Part shown: positions 12,026 to 23,250 of the stretch, piece after piece
Layout of the letters: the number at the start of each line of letters is the position of its first letter
Numbering within the stretch: position 1 is the first letter of the stretch
Source of the DNA: Candidatus Levyibacteriota bacterium
GTDB taxonomy: Bacteria > Patescibacteriota > Microgenomatia > Levybacterales > UBA12049
Length of the DNA: 64,000 nt
NCBI GenBank assembly: GCA_016182185.1
Contig: JACOXU010000001.1
Coordinates: forward strand, 115,190-179,189
Direction: 5' to 3'
The notes under the pieces: model-generated
Databases searched by the model: none
What the model saw: the letters and a program-made list of their open reading frames with translations, nothing else
What the model was told of the DNA's origin: nothing
Position numbers and translations under genes: made by a program

Positions 12026-12745
12026 ATGAGAAAACGAGCTTCGGGATCTAGATTATCAAGAAGACTGGAAAGACAATCAAAAAGAAATCTTTTCTTAAGT
12101 ATCGTTGGTATTCTTATAACCTTTTTTCTGGCTGTAAAATTCGGTATCCCCCTTCTGGTAAATTTTAGTTTATTCATATCAGGATCAAACAACTCAAATT
12201 TGCCCGCAAAACGCTCTACAGCAAGTTTTCTTCCTTCTCCCATACTGATTTCCCAATTCACTGCAACTAATAGCGCCAGAATATATGTTCCAGGAACATC
12301 TTCCCCTGAGATAGATATCGAGATTTATCATGATGGCAGATTAATTGATAAGATACAGTCGGATAAAAACGGAGCATTTTCATTTGAGATCACGCTTAAT
12401 TCAGGTGCAAATCAAATTAAGGTCAAAGCAAAGAAAGATATGGACGAAAGTGACTACTCAAATATTTTAACTATTAATTATAACAACAATCCTCCTAAGT
12501 TAGACGTTAATTCACCTTCGGATGGCCAATCCTTTCCGAAACATCAAGAAATTATTACAGTATCTGGAAATACAGATGAAAATGTGAGAGTAACAGTAAA
12601 TGGATTCTGGGCAATAATCAACGAAAATAATAATTTTTCCTATGAACTTAAATTAAGTGAAGGTGAAAATATAGTTAAAATTGAAGCCATCGATCAATCT
12701 GGAAACAAAACAATGAAAGAATTAAAAATCACGCGTTCTCAGTAA
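12026..12745 (+). CDS. membrane-anchored protein with two Ig-like beta-sandwich domains
   Basis: Basic N-terminus plus a TM helix. Two repeats of GxFSxxxxL-xxG-N-IxV-A, typical of bacterial Ig-like domains. Confidence 0.6.
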   Translation: MRKRASGSRLSRRLERQSKRNLFLSIVGILITFFLAVKFGIPLLVNFSLFISGSNNSNLPAKRSTASFLPSPILISQFTATNSARIYVPGTSSPEIDIEIYHDGRLIDKIQSDKNGAFSFEITLNSGANQIKVKAKKDMDESDYSNILTINYNNNPPKLDVNSPSDGQSFPKHQEIITVSGNTDENVRVTVNGFWAIINENNNFSYELKLSEGENIVKIEAIDQSGNKTMKELKITRSQ

Positions 12746-13925
12746 GACCCACTAGGATCCACAGCCAAAACATAAAAAAAGAATAAAAAAGACTATTTAT
12801 AAAAAAACTGTTTATGATCAAGGAGATAGTTGAAACGAATAGTACTTGTGCAATAAAGTTTTTTCTGTGTTTTGCATATGAATATTTAATAATTTTATAT
12901 AAAAGCCAGATGTAAGCAGTGAAACCCACTATGCCAGTTGTCGCAAGAACAAACAAAAGACTTACATCTGCCCCTCCCTCTGCATGGCCCGGATAAAATT
13001 TAAGATCGGTAAACCCATAACCATATCTTGCAAATTTATAAGCGTTAAATCCAACACCAAGTAATGGATTTTTTGAAAAAATTAACATTGCCTCTTTGGC
13101 AGAAGTTATTCTTGCTTCTGATGATACTTTACGAAACAGATCAGTACCCTCTGTTTTAAATGCTTTTGGAGTCAATACTATCAAAAAAGAAGAAATTATA
13201 GCCAATACTAAAATAATTAACCATTTTTTCTTTAAGACGAGAAATATTGATAATCCAACTAGAACCATTAAAATTGCGCTTCTTGAGTAGGTCAAAAAAA
13301 TTGCAATAAAAGTGAGAATTCCTAAAATTCCGAAGAGAAGAATTTTATATTTACTCTTTCTTTCTATAGCCTCCTGTACTAACCCTATTGTTAAAAAAAG
13401 AGACAAAGAAAAAAAAGCCCCGGCAAAGTTAGGATCCAAAAAAACTGAAAACATCCTATATAAATGCTCGTCCCATCCTAAATAAAATAAATTTCGCAGA
13501 CTTGGATAAAAAAAATACTGAATATATCCGCTTAATAATACTAATGTCCCGGCAAATACCATAATATAAATAATTTTTGCCTGAAATTTCCTGTCAAAAT
13601 CAAAGATAGCAAAATATATCAAAAGATAAATTATAAAACGGACTATATACAAAGATGAAACTCCTAATTCTCGAATTGTTAAAGAATTAATGTTAAATAA
13701 TAAAGATAATATACAAACTGCTGTAAAAATAATTATGGGTCTTGATAATCTTCCCTTATTTCCTTTATTATTAATTACATGGTAAAAAATATAGTAGATG
13801 GCCAAAATCCCAACTGAAATCGTATTTAAATTAACAGCAGCTCCCCTTACAATTTCAAGTCTGATTATTTCACCAAATGGAAATGTCAACAAAGTTATGA
13901 CGAAAAGTATTTTCAATATACCCAT
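12729..13925 (-). CDS. O-antigen ligase/polymerase (Wzy_C)-family membrane protein
   Basis: Polytopic; R-x-x-S-x-F-x-DPN, LTYSRS and NPLLGVG motifs. Confidence 0.8.
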   Translation of the reverse strand: MGILKILFVITLLTFPFGEIIRLEIVRGAAVNLNTISVGILAIYYIFYHVINNKGNKGRLSRPIIIFTAVCILSLLFNINSLTIRELGVSSLYIVRFIIYLLIYFAIFDFDRKFQAKIIYIMVFAGTLVLLSGYIQYFFYPSLRNLFYLGWDEHLYRMFSVFLDPNFAGAFFSLSLFLTIGLVQEAIERKSKYKILLFGILGILTFIAIFLTYSRSAILMVLVGLSIFLVLKKKWLIILVLAIISSFLIVLTPKAFKTEGTDLFRKVSSEARITSAKEAMLIFSKNPLLGVGFNAYKFARYGYGFTDLKFYPGHAEGGADVSLLFVLATTGIVGFTAYIWLLYKIIKYSYAKHRKNFIAQVLFVSTISLIINSFFINSLFYSFFMFWLWILVGLTENA

Positions 13926-15529
13926 TTTTGTCCTCCTAGAGAGTATAGATTTACTTTGGTTTTCTCATTCTTGTAAATTAAACTCCAATAAGAAAATCGT
14001 TTCGGAAGCATAGTATTTTGAGTAGCAATATAATTGAATGTATCACCTTTTTTAACCCAGGAAGAATCAATAAACGGAAAATTAACATAATATAAATTAT
14101 GAAATCCGTATAAAAGCACTCTATCTGATGGCCTTATATTTTTCTCCAAATACCCATCAGTGTCGTAAAAGTCTCCAAATGAAAAATTAAGATTTTCTTC
14201 TAAAAACTCGACTCGGGTTTCTTTTCCTAAAATTACTGGTAAATATTTTTCATTCGCTAATCCCCTGTACGTTATTGAGAAAACTGAATATATAATAATC
14301 AGTAAAATTAAAAATTTGTAAAAGTATTTGATCTTCATATATTCATTTATAACCCCTGCCAAAATAATTGAAAAAGCCGGTAAATAAGGCATAATAAAAC
14401 GTCCTCCTCCGGTCCTGGGAGTAAAATACCAAATGACAACGGAAAAAATTGAATAAATCAAAATAACTTTAAGAAGTACGTTAAATCTTCTAAATTTAAG
14501 AACAATCAGAGGTAAAAATACTAAATAAAGAAGAGATATCCGATCGGGAAGATTTGTGAAAAATACCCACATTTCTTTCAAGAAATTAATCGGATTTAAT
14601 AAATTAATATCTAAGCTTATTGGATAGGTGTTTGAGAAAAACGGATATATTAGGTTACCAGTATGAATAAATGAAAAAATAAACCAGGGTAGGGGGATAA
14701 TCACAACCATAATTACAAAGACAAAAATTCTGCTTACTAGTATTCTTCTATTCTTTTTATAAAAACCATAATAATAAGTTATAAGTAAGATAAAAATAAA
14801 AATTGAACCAATCGATAGCAACTTAGTGGTAACTGCAAGACCCAACATGACAGCTGATTCGATTAACCATTTCTTTTCTCCTTTTTCAAAAAAATTAACA
14901 AATCCCCATAGTGCCATTAGCTCAAAGAATGTTCTTGTTAAATCTACATATGCGGTTATTGACTGCCATCCAATAACTAAATTTGAGTAAAAAATAGCCA
15001 CAGTGATTATTGCAATTTTTCTATCAAAAAACTTCCTGGATAGTAGGTATAAGGCTGTACATGAGGCAATTCCAAACGCGAAGTGAATTAACTTAGCCCA
15101 CGTCTCTCTCCCAAACGCTAAAGACGCAGTATAAAGCATCTCAGTAAGTTTTGGCATATCCGAATAATAAAGAAGTCCTCCGGGGATATGAACTATTGAG
15201 TGATTAAGAAGGTATATTTTAGGTAAAGTAAGATGATACCAAAGTGCATCAAATCCTAGTTCCGGTCCAAGCGCACCGGCTAAATTTACCGTGGCTTGGG
15301 TTACTAATAATATGATTAAAATGGACTCAAGTTTGTACTTTTTAATATTTACAGATATCAGTTTTAAACTGCTAAACTGTTCTATAATTTTATTTTTAAA
15401 AAAATAAATTAATATCAAAAAATAAATAATAGTCGCTAATAGTATTGTCTCTTTGTGCAAAAAACCTAATAATCCAATAGCAAATATTAAGTATGAATAA
15501 ATCCCGATCAAAATAGCAAGCGAAAACAT
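13913..15529 (-). CDS. GT-C fold (ArnT/PMT-like) membrane glycosyltransferase
   Basis: Polytopic; DALWYHL loop, AYVDL, K in TTKL, GRF motif. Confidence 0.7.
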   Translation of the reverse strand: MFSLAILIGIYSYLIFAIGLLGFLHKETILLATIIYFLILIYFFKNKIIEQFSSLKLISVNIKKYKLESILIILLVTQATVNLAGALGPELGFDALWYHLTLPKIYLLNHSIVHIPGGLLYYSDMPKLTEMLYTASLAFGRETWAKLIHFAFGIASCTALYLLSRKFFDRKIAIITVAIFYSNLVIGWQSITAYVDLTRTFFELMALWGFVNFFEKGEKKWLIESAVMLGLAVTTKLLSIGSIFIFILLITYYYGFYKKNRRILVSRIFVFVIMVVIIPLPWFIFSFIHTGNLIYPFFSNTYPISLDINLLNPINFLKEMWVFFTNLPDRISLLYLVFLPLIVLKFRRFNVLLKVILIYSIFSVVIWYFTPRTGGGRFIMPYLPAFSIILAGVINEYMKIKYFYKFLILLIIIYSVFSITYRGLANEKYLPVILGKETRVEFLEENLNFSFGDFYDTDGYLEKNIRPSDRVLLYGFHNLYYVNFPFIDSSWVKKGDTFNYIATQNTMLPKRFSYWSLIYKNEKTKVNLYSLGGQKWVY

Positions 15530-15535
15530 ATAATC

Positions 15536-17128
15536 TTAATCAATCCTAAATATTAGGATCGATCCTCCAACTATATCATAAGACTCAATATCTTTAATTC
15601 TAGTATCCTTATAATATCCGCACAAATACCAGCAGGTTGCGCTAATTGCAATTGTTGAATTTTTCGTAAGCTTAAGATCATAAGTTTTTTGAGTGTCGCT
15701 TAAGCTTGCATCTTTTATTCTCATATACTTTAAACCTAAAATTTTTGGGTCTAAATCGCCAAAGTAGGCCAGCTGAAGATCTGATATGTTATTTTTATCC
15801 TGATAATTCTTTAATACAACTAATCCCTGGCCCCAATCATAATTAGCATCAAATACATATTTATAGCCATTTTTATATCCGTCAAAAAATTGATTTGTAA
15901 ATGAAACATAGTGCGGGGTCACTTTAAAAAGTCCATAAATATGCCACAATAATAACCCGGCAAGAATTCCGTATTTAATTACAGTTTTCTTGGTATTGAT
16001 ATTTATTACTTGACTTGAATACATCATAATCAAGATATAGAGAGGCAGAATATAACGTAACACCAAGGTAACTTTTGTAAACATAATGCTTGCTAAAACA
16101 AATGTAATTGGGATAAGTACGACGAGATGCTTCTTTCTTTTTTTTATAAAGTAAAATGCACTTGTTAAAAAAAATAAAATTATGGTTATTGGAGTTTTAA
16201 TTAAAATTATTAGTGGAAAATAATATCCTGGATGACCTAACCCTGATAAATCTCCCATAATAAACGAGTCTTTTCTATACCATCCAGAATAGTTATATAA
16301 AATCTGCTGTTTGATAGTACTTATGTAGCTTCCCAAAGGCATGGGTTGCGTAAGTGCAATTTTTACTAAGTAATTTGTTTCAGCAAGTTTTATTGCAGGC
16401 CTTTCTGGATCAAATCTATAACCCAAAAGAGGTTCAAATGTAAAAAAATAGGTAGACCATAATGTAAGTAGCGTAATGAAGATTAGTAATAATATAGAAT
16501 TTTTCTTCTCCTTCCAAAAAGTAATAGTTTTCCATTTCGGATTGTCAAAAAAATACACAATAATTAGTGATGGGAATAAAAAAAATAACGCACTAATCTT
16601 CGACGATAACGTAAGTCCGAGAATAATTGAAAAGAAAATTATTTTTTTGTAAGAAAATTTTTTCTTCCAGATAAAATATAAGTATAGTGTCAGAACAAAT
16701 AGAAAAGAAAAAATCATATCCATCGTGGCGTAATGACCATGCGCAAGTATATTAGGATCAATTGTAAAAAGTGTTAATGATAAGAAAGCTGCGGCTGTTC
16801 CAAATAATTTCTTAGTAAATAGATAAATTAAGAGTGAAAAAAGTAAAGTTACAACTATAACTACCATTCTCGGGGCTATTAGACGAGGATCTTTATAAAC
16901 TTCAGAATTTATAAGCATTGGAAGCGCAACTAATTCTCTTGCAAAAGGAGGATTAAAGGGATCAAGACGAAAATCATGTTTTGTTAAGAATCCGTATCCT
17001 ACTTTTACATAGGTTACCTCATCGTAAACTCGAGATTCATTAATAACGCCCTTAAATAAAAGCGTGAAAAGAACCAACTGCATAAAAATAACAAACATAA
17101 CTCTATAAATTTGAGTTTTGTTTTTCAT
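15536..17128 (-). CDS. GT-C (GT39/GT83-like) membrane glycosyltransferase
   Basis: YDE in the first loop, NPP, ATMD, RYILP, NYDWGQ. Confidence 0.75.
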   Translation of the reverse strand: MKNKTQIYRVMFVIFMQLVLFTLLFKGVINESRVYDEVTYVKVGYGFLTKHDFRLDPFNPPFARELVALPMLINSEVYKDPRLIAPRMVVIVVTLLFSLLIYLFTKKLFGTAAAFLSLTLFTIDPNILAHGHYATMDMIFSFLFVLTLYLYFIWKKKFSYKKIIFFSIILGLTLSSKISALFFLFPSLIIVYFFDNPKWKTITFWKEKKNSILLLIFITLLTLWSTYFFTFEPLLGYRFDPERPAIKLAETNYLVKIALTQPMPLGSYISTIKQQILYNYSGWYRKDSFIMGDLSGLGHPGYYFPLIILIKTPITIILFFLTSAFYFIKKRKKHLVVLIPITFVLASIMFTKVTLVLRYILPLYILIMMYSSQVININTKKTVIKYGILAGLLLWHIYGLFKVTPHYVSFTNQFFDGYKNGYKYVFDANYDWGQGLVVLKNYQDKNNISDLQLAYFGDLDPKILGLKYMRIKDASLSDTQKTYDLKLTKNSTIAISATCWYLCGYYKDTRIKDIESYDIVGGSILIFRID

Positions 17129-17130
17129 AA

Positions 17131-18135
17131 TTAAGCTTTTAATTTTAAATTTTTATTCCTGGCAGTAAATAAAGTAGAAATTCCGATAATAAGTGCTGGT
17201 GCAAACGGAACACTGAATCTTGAAAATTCTTCAAGAAATGGAGTTGGTCCTATAAAAAAAATAAAAAGCAGCGATAATCCCATCCAGAAAAAACTTATTT
17301 GGTGAAACCACGAAAGGCTTCTATGCTTATAAAGTAAAATAAAGCCAAAAAAATTCAGAATCAGATAAAAAATACCCGATGCTAAAATTCTATACTGGCC
17401 CCAGTCAATTGCTCTTGGAATATCCTTAAAAATTTGAATTACTCCAAAGGTTGCCCTGCCATGTACGGGATAAACAATAAACTGTTGAAAAATACCAGAT
17501 ATTCCAAATATTAAATAGTTAAATAAAAACAAAAATGAAAATATCATTAAAAATCCGGCCGTCAACGACAAAAGATGTTTACGTTTATTGTTTAAATAGA
17601 GATGTATAACCATTGCAAGAAACAAACAAATAGAAATTAATCTTATATCCGTAGCAAATCCTATGGTAAGTCCGGTAATTAAAAATAAATTACGCCGATA
17701 TAAGATAATTGCCAAAAGAAGTAAAAAAACAGTTATTGGCTCTGTAGCTATTTTTGTGCTTTGAATCACCCAGACGGGAGGAAAAAGAGAAAAGAAAAAC
17801 GCAGCCCAATTATTTTTTGTTAACAACCAAAAGAAATAAATTGAAAGTAAAGACGATATCAAACTTATTACTAAACCACTCGTAATAAAAGATTTATAAA
17901 TCGATTCAAGCAATAGTATGACAACCGGGTATCCGGGGAATAAACGGGTATCGAGAGTATCTTTTGGAAAATCAGAATTATTAACGATTTTGTCTTTAAG
18001 ATATTGCGTATAATTTATATAATTATCCTGCTGAATACTGTAATTAGGATCTTTGATATGAAATCCGATTATCGCCAAACGAATAAGTAAGGAGAGAAAT
18101 ATTATTATAAATATAATCTTTGATTGTATTTTCAT
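17131..18135 (-). CDS. GT-C fold membrane glycosyltransferase (mannosyltransferase-like)
   Basis: QDNY, FPGYP, TEP, R, RF motifs in a polytopic protein. Confidence 0.65.
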   Translation of the reverse strand: MKIQSKIIFIIIFLSLLIRLAIIGFHIKDPNYSIQQDNYINYTQYLKDKIVNNSDFPKDTLDTRLFPGYPVVILLLESIYKSFITSGLVISLISSLLSIYFFWLLTKNNWAAFFFSLFPPVWVIQSTKIATEPITVFLLLLAIILYRRNLFLITGLTIGFATDIRLISICLFLAMVIHLYLNNKRKHLLSLTAGFLMIFSFLFLFNYLIFGISGIFQQFIVYPVHGRATFGVIQIFKDIPRAIDWGQYRILASGIFYLILNFFGFILLYKHRSLSWFHQISFFWMGLSLLFIFFIGPTPFLEEFSRFSVPFAPALIIGISTLFTARNKNLKLKA

Positions 18136-19232
18136 CTGATTTTATTCCAATTTTTTTTTACCATAATTATCCAAAGCAACAGCATGCCTAAAAACCCGTG
18201 CGACAGAATTATTGGACCAAACAAAGCATTGGCAAATGCTTCAGGATTTTTAATATTAAATGCAACTAGCAAGTATGAAATACCTATGAAACTTAATGTT
18301 AATACACTTTTGGTTTCAGAAATAAGAAAATAATAAGGAATAAGTAAAAGTACAAGATGATGTTGCATGGTGTAACTTTTAACTAATAACACAACAACCA
18401 TAAGTAATGTGAATGATCTTATAAGATCTGTTTTTTTAATAATAAGATATGTTGAGATAATTAAGATAAACATAATTGGTAAAATCATTATTGCTTTTGG
18501 AATATCAAATCGTGCTAAAAAACCTGTAATCGACTGGTTATAATACGGATCTCCGCTTGAGTTTATAAAAAAGGGCAAAAGGACCGATTTTAAATAATAA
18601 GAGTAAATCTCAAAGTCAATAAATAAAAGTGATGGAATAAAAAGAAGAATTGTAAAAATTATTAAAGATGTAATAACTGCCCATTTTTTCTTTATTGCCA
18701 GTAATATAAGAAACATTCCCGGAAACAATTTTAAGTAAATCGCAATGGAAAGAATTAAGCCAGAGAATACTTTCTTTTCGAAATGCAGGAAATAAATAAA
18801 CAATGACAATAACAAAAGCAGGATCAAGTTTATTTGACCCATTCCCAATGTAAATTTAAATGGGAAAGATAAAACCAAAAAAGAAAAGATTATTAAAATT
18901 ATACTTGTACTCAAAGGCTTTATTAATCTTAAAACTAATATTGAAAGAATTGCAGATATGATGGACATAATCATCCAGATTTTGGAAGAAAGTGCTAAAG
19001 ATAAACCTAAAAAGGGAATGAACATCAAAATTACCAGAGGCGGATAGAGAATTTGAGTAAATAACAAAGGGTTTTTATAGGGATTTTGATTACTCAAAAG
19101 TGCTCCAGCGGATTGATAAAAAAGATTAAAGTCGGGAAGACTGCTGTTCCATAAGAGAAAAGTTGTACGCAGCAAAGACAAAACCCCGACGAGAAAGATA
19201 AAAATTGTTATTTTTTTTGCCATAGAAGCCAT
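18132..19232 (-). CDS. GT87/DUF2029-like membrane glycosyltransferase
   Basis: DF...NPY, YPP, GQIN, KLFP, NQS, HH motifs. Start could instead be ATG 19223. Confidence 0.8.
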   Translation of the reverse strand: MASMAKKITIFIFLVGVLSLLRTTFLLWNSSLPDFNLFYQSAGALLSNQNPYKNPLLFTQILYPPLVILMFIPFLGLSLALSSKIWMIMSIISAILSILVLRLIKPLSTSIILIIFSFLVLSFPFKFTLGMGQINLILLLLLSLFIYFLHFEKKVFSGLILSIAIYLKLFPGMFLILLAIKKKWAVITSLIIFTILLFIPSLLFIDFEIYSYYLKSVLLPFFINSSGDPYYNQSITGFLARFDIPKAIMILPIMFILIISTYLIIKKTDLIRSFTLLMVVVLLVKSYTMQHHLVLLLIPYYFLISETKSVLTLSFIGISYLLVAFNIKNPEAFANALFGPIILSHGFLGMLLLWIIMVKKNWNKIR

Positions 19233-19978
19233 AATTTACTGCGAGCAAGAAATGAATGAAAGCTCATCATCAGTGCAGTAATTAAGCCCTCGATCCCGTC
19301 AAAAATTCCAAGTTTTAAAAAATAATTAATAATAAATTTCATTTTTGCATAAAGAACTATCGAGAAAAAATTCGACTTTACTCCCCTATCATAAAGCTCC
19401 TTTGCTCGTATATCTGAATAAAAATTTATCTCTTTAAGGAAATCACTAATTGTCGGGTGGGGATAATGAAGTAAAGAATTCTTCAGCTCTCCAACTTTAC
19501 CTTTAACATTCCATATTTCATGCACTTTTCCCTGCCATTCTCCTTTTTCTTTTCTGGCTAATCTCAAGAGCTTAATATTAGCCGTTTCACCGTATTCTAG
19601 TTCTTTTCCCCACATAAAATCCCGTCTTCTGATATAAAACCCATTGATATTTGATATTTGATATTTGATATTTGATATTTCTGAAGCAAGCGCTTCAGAA
19701 ACCCTCTCATCTGCATCAACAAATAAAATCCAATCGCCTGTCGCCTTCTCTAATCCAAAATTCCTCTGAGCCGAAAAATCTCCATCCAGATATCTCTGAT
19801 AAGTTTTGATTTTTGAGCTGTAATTTTGAATTTTGAATTTTGAATTTTGAATTATTTCTAATGTTTGGTCTTCCGAATAATCATCGATAACTATTATTTC
19901 ATCGCACCACTGAAGATTTTGCAGGCAATCTTCGATATTTTTCTCTTCATTTTTTGTAAGAATAACTACGCTAATCAT
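19208..19978 (-). CDS. GT2 glycosyltransferase (WaaE/KdtX-like)
   Basis: ILTKNEE, DDYSEDQT, QRNFG, VDADE, VHE. Contains two heptamer-repeat tracts. Confidence 0.88.
   Translation of the reverse strand: MISVVILTKNEEKNIEDCLQNLQWCDEIIVIDDYSEDQTLEIIQNSKFKIQNYSSKIKTYQRYLDGDFSAQRNFGLEKATGDWILFVDADERVSEALASEISNIKYQISNINGFYIRRRDFMWGKELEYGETANIKLLRLARKEKGEWQGKVHEIWNVKGKVGELKNSLLHYPHPTISDFLKEINFYSDIRAKELYDRGVKSNFFSIVLYAKMKFIINYFLKLGIFDGIEGLITALMMSFHSFLARSKLWLLWQKK
19644..19680 (+). repeat. heptamer tandem repeat (TTGATAT)x5 inside a GT2 ORF
   Basis: Five perfect 7-nt copies; read on the minus strand as ISNIKYQISNI. Confidence 0.9.
19804..19853 (+). repeat. heptamer tandem repeat (TTTTGAA)x4 plus degenerate copies inside a GT2 ORF
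   Basis: Perfect copies at 19824-19851; encodes IQNSKFKIQN. Confidence 0.85.
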
Positions 19979-22157
19979 TTTTATTTACTAATATTTTATT
20001 ATTATTCTCTTCAATATAAATTTTCAAATTCTCATCGTTTTTGGAGGGCTCACTTTTATAATAGTACCAGAGAAGGTATTCGTAATTCATGGTAAAACTG
20101 TCAAATTGACTCCCAGTTCCCTTCCCGATTAAATTATACGCATTACCAGAGGTAAGTTGGTAAATTTTTTCAGTTGCATTTCTTCTTATTAAAAATTCCG
20201 GACTACCCGAATTAATTTTATTTAGAAAATAATAAATGTTTGTGAAAATAAGAATAACCATCAATAGAACTCCTATTACTTTAAATTTTTTGATTAAATA
20301 TTGTAAAAAAATTGCAGATATGATAATTACAACTGGAAAAAATACAGGTAAATAAGCCTGGGAAGGAATTTTGTTTATTAAAAAAGCAAGAACTGTAATT
20401 AAAAATAGAAAAATAATAATAATTTCTGAGATGTTTTTTTTTGCGATTGCCCTATAGATAAGATATAAAAAAGTTGAAAATAAAAATAATAAAGCAATAG
20501 GTTGATTTATTGGGAAAATTATTTTACGGTATTCATTAAATAAAAATACGAAAATTTCTCCGTTTGGCATATCAGTTGCTGAAATCAAGCCGGGCACCGA
20601 ATTTATCAATTTTAGAGACACCCATGCAAAATAACCAAAAGTTTGTAAAAATCCATTTTTAATATCATGGATAATTACAGGCAGCATTGTAAAAATAATC
20701 CCAACAACAATGAGGGATAATATTTTTTTATTTATTATATTTAATGCCCATTTTCTCTTCCATGCCAATCCAGAAAGAAAAAATACTAACAGTACTCCGG
20801 CCAGCGAGAAAGTTGCCAACTCAAAATTATAAAGAATTCCAATAAGCATAATAACCCAAATAAAATATATTACTTCTCCCTTAACCCACTTAAAAAGGGA
20901 GTAGATAAATAGTATTGTGAAAAGTGGAATTAGCGTAGTATGGTATGGAAAGCGTTCATTTATTATTATCAAGGGTGATATTGCGTACAAAAAAGAAGAT
21001 ACAATGGCTGTATTTTTCTCAAACATTTTTTTGACAATTTTATAGATGATAAAAATAGACAAACTACCTACTACCGCAGTAAAATAACCCGGAATTAGCG
21101 GATTGAAGCCAAAAATTTTGAAAATTAAAGCTAATATGTATGTCCAATACGGCCCTTGATGAAGCCAAGTGTGACTAGATGTTATCCCAACCAATGGAAT
21201 TTTACCTGTCAATACCATGTCTTTTGCGGACAAATAAAACCACCCCTGATCTCCAATAAAACTCATTGTTTCGCTCAATTTATATATTCTTAGGAAAAAT
21301 CCGATTGTTAATGCGCATATAAGAAGGACTATATGCTTATCAATTCTTAAAAAAGTTTCAGTAAGAATCGCAGAGAACAAACCAAAATGTTTCTTAAAAT
21401 AATAAAATCTGCTATTTGAGAATATTTTTTTTATGTCTTGCCTGCTTCGGCTACTACTTACGCCCCATTTATGAATTATTCTTGCTTTTGGAGTAATAAA
21501 AATCTTATATTCCAGTTCCCTCACTCTTTTACAAAGATCAAATTCTTCAAAGAAAAGAAAGAAGTTTTCATCAAATCCATTTATTTTTTTAAAAATTTCT
21601 TTTTTTATCATAAAAGCTGTTCCGGGAACAACATCTACCTCTTTAATATTTTTTTTGTCCCACCCAATTAGGTAATAGTCTTTATAAATTCTATTTGCGG
21701 GAATTAGTTTATTGATAAAAGAAAGAGAGAAAATAGCGCGAATCGGTGTTAAAAACCGAGTTCCCTGAAGAGGATATGGATTATTGTTTTTATCAAAAAG
21801 CAGTGGTGCCACAATTCCAATTTCGTTATCTCTACTGATAAATCTGAACAATTCATCTATTGCCTCTGGATAAGTTCTAGTGTCCGGATTTAAGAAAAAC
21901 AAATACTTTCCTCTTGCAAACTTTGCCCCTAAATTATTTCCGGCTCCATAGCCAATATTCGTAGGGCTTTTTATATACTTAACTGACTCAAACATTTTTT
22001 TAAGCTCTTTTTCAAATCTTTTTTCTCCATCGTTATCAACTACAATAATTTCGTAGGTAGCCTTGGTATTTGACGTCTCAATTGATTTTATGCAATCAAA
22101 TAATTCCTTTTTCGATTTATAATTAACAATTATTATTGATATATCGATTTTATTCAT
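19971..22157 (-). CDS. fusion of GT2 (WbbL/rhamnosyltransferase-like) and a GT-C membrane domain
   Basis: N-terminal IIVNY, VVDN, LNPD, GFDENFFLFFEEFDL. C-terminal polytopic region with GDQG and HQGP. Confidence 0.8.
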   Translation of the reverse strand: MNKIDISIIIVNYKSKKELFDCIKSIETSNTKATYEIIVVDNDGEKRFEKELKKMFESVKYIKSPTNIGYGAGNNLGAKFARGKYLFFLNPDTRTYPEAIDELFRFISRDNEIGIVAPLLFDKNNNPYPLQGTRFLTPIRAIFSLSFINKLIPANRIYKDYYLIGWDKKNIKEVDVVPGTAFMIKKEIFKKINGFDENFFLFFEEFDLCKRVRELEYKIFITPKARIIHKWGVSSSRSRQDIKKIFSNSRFYYFKKHFGLFSAILTETFLRIDKHIVLLICALTIGFFLRIYKLSETMSFIGDQGWFYLSAKDMVLTGKIPLVGITSSHTWLHQGPYWTYILALIFKIFGFNPLIPGYFTAVVGSLSIFIIYKIVKKMFEKNTAIVSSFLYAISPLIIINERFPYHTTLIPLFTILFIYSLFKWVKGEVIYFIWVIMLIGILYNFELATFSLAGVLLVFFLSGLAWKRKWALNIINKKILSLIVVGIIFTMLPVIIHDIKNGFLQTFGYFAWVSLKLINSVPGLISATDMPNGEIFVFLFNEYRKIIFPINQPIALLFLFSTFLYLIYRAIAKKNISEIIIIFLFLITVLAFLINKIPSQAYLPVFFPVVIIISAIFLQYLIKKFKVIGVLLMVILIFTNIYYFLNKINSGSPEFLIRRNATEKIYQLTSGNAYNLIGKGTGSQFDSFTMNYEYLLWYYYKSEPSKNDENLKIYIEENNNKILVNKND

Positions 22158-23250
22158 TTTGTAAATATTTTTTAATAATGTTCAGTAAATTTTTAGAACT
22201 TTTTTCCCATGTCCAATTATTTTTAACATTACTTATAGCATTCTGGCCAAGAATTTTAATAGATTCATCATTATTTATTAACGTTAATAGTTGATGCGCT
22301 AATATTTGAGGCTTATTTTTTATCAAAAAACCAGTTTTTCCATCTATTACAGTTTCCAGATATCCTCCGGTTTTAATAGCGATTACAGGAGTCCCGCAAG
22401 CCTGAGCTTCAATAGGCTGAAGTCCAAATGGCTCTTTATATGAAAGGCTCACGAAAATTTTGGATTCCGAGTATAATTTTCTCATCACACTATCGTCCGT
22501 TATCCATTCATTTTCTCTCAGAACATATCTTACCTTTGGCTTTTTATTCATAATTTTTATTGCGTTTTTTAAAAGAAGGTAACCTTCTGCTTGATCCTTC
22601 GACCCTATAAAAAGAACGTCGTAATTTCTATCAATATTTTCAGGATAAAAAATTCTATCATCAACGCCCATATAGCATACTTTGGCAATTAGGTTATATG
22701 CTTTTTTTATATTTTTTTTTGTAAATTTTGAGTTTGCAAGAAGAATATCAGCCGATTCTATATTTCTTCTATCAATTATTTTTCTAATTTTTCGATTTAT
22801 TTTCTCGCAAACTCTTCTTTCAATACTTAAATTATCAGGAATATCAAATAATTTTTCGTAAATAATTCTTAACGGCTCCTGACAATAATATACAGAAGTT
22901 GTTTTAAGCATGCTTAATATAAAAGGAGCCTGCGTATATTTTGATCCATGCACAAAAACAAAATCATATTTATTACTATCAATTTCTTTAGTAATTTTAT
23001 TATGAAGTCTATAAATTTTAAATAATTCTATCGTGTCTATATAAAGTTTTGCTTTCCAATCATTACCATGCCATTTTTTCGGAATAAATTTGTTAAAAAA
23101 AACTTTTTTGAACATGCCAAGATTCCTCTCTTCTGAATCATCTATGTAAAAAAGGTCAATATCATGTTGTTTTCGTAAGGCTTTCCCAAGCTCAAGCACT
23201 GCCCGCCTTGCCCCTCCGAATGGTAACTCATGAAAAAATGCAATTTTCAT
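22150..23250 (-). CDS. GT4 glycosyltransferase
   Basis: GGA N-loop and EPFGLQPIEAQACGTPV. Start at 23250 overlaps the upstream stop (ATGA). Confidence 0.9.
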   Translation of the reverse strand: MKIAFFHELPFGGARRAVLELGKALRKQHDIDLFYIDDSEERNLGMFKKVFFNKFIPKKWHGNDWKAKLYIDTIELFKIYRLHNKITKEIDSNKYDFVFVHGSKYTQAPFILSMLKTTSVYYCQEPLRIIYEKLFDIPDNLSIERRVCEKINRKIRKIIDRRNIESADILLANSKFTKKNIKKAYNLIAKVCYMGVDDRIFYPENIDRNYDVLFIGSKDQAEGYLLLKNAIKIMNKKPKVRYVLRENEWITDDSVMRKLYSESKIFVSLSYKEPFGLQPIEAQACGTPVIAIKTGGYLETVIDGKTGFLIKNKPQILAHQLLTLINNDESIKILGQNAISNVKNNWTWEKSSKNLLNIIKKYLQNE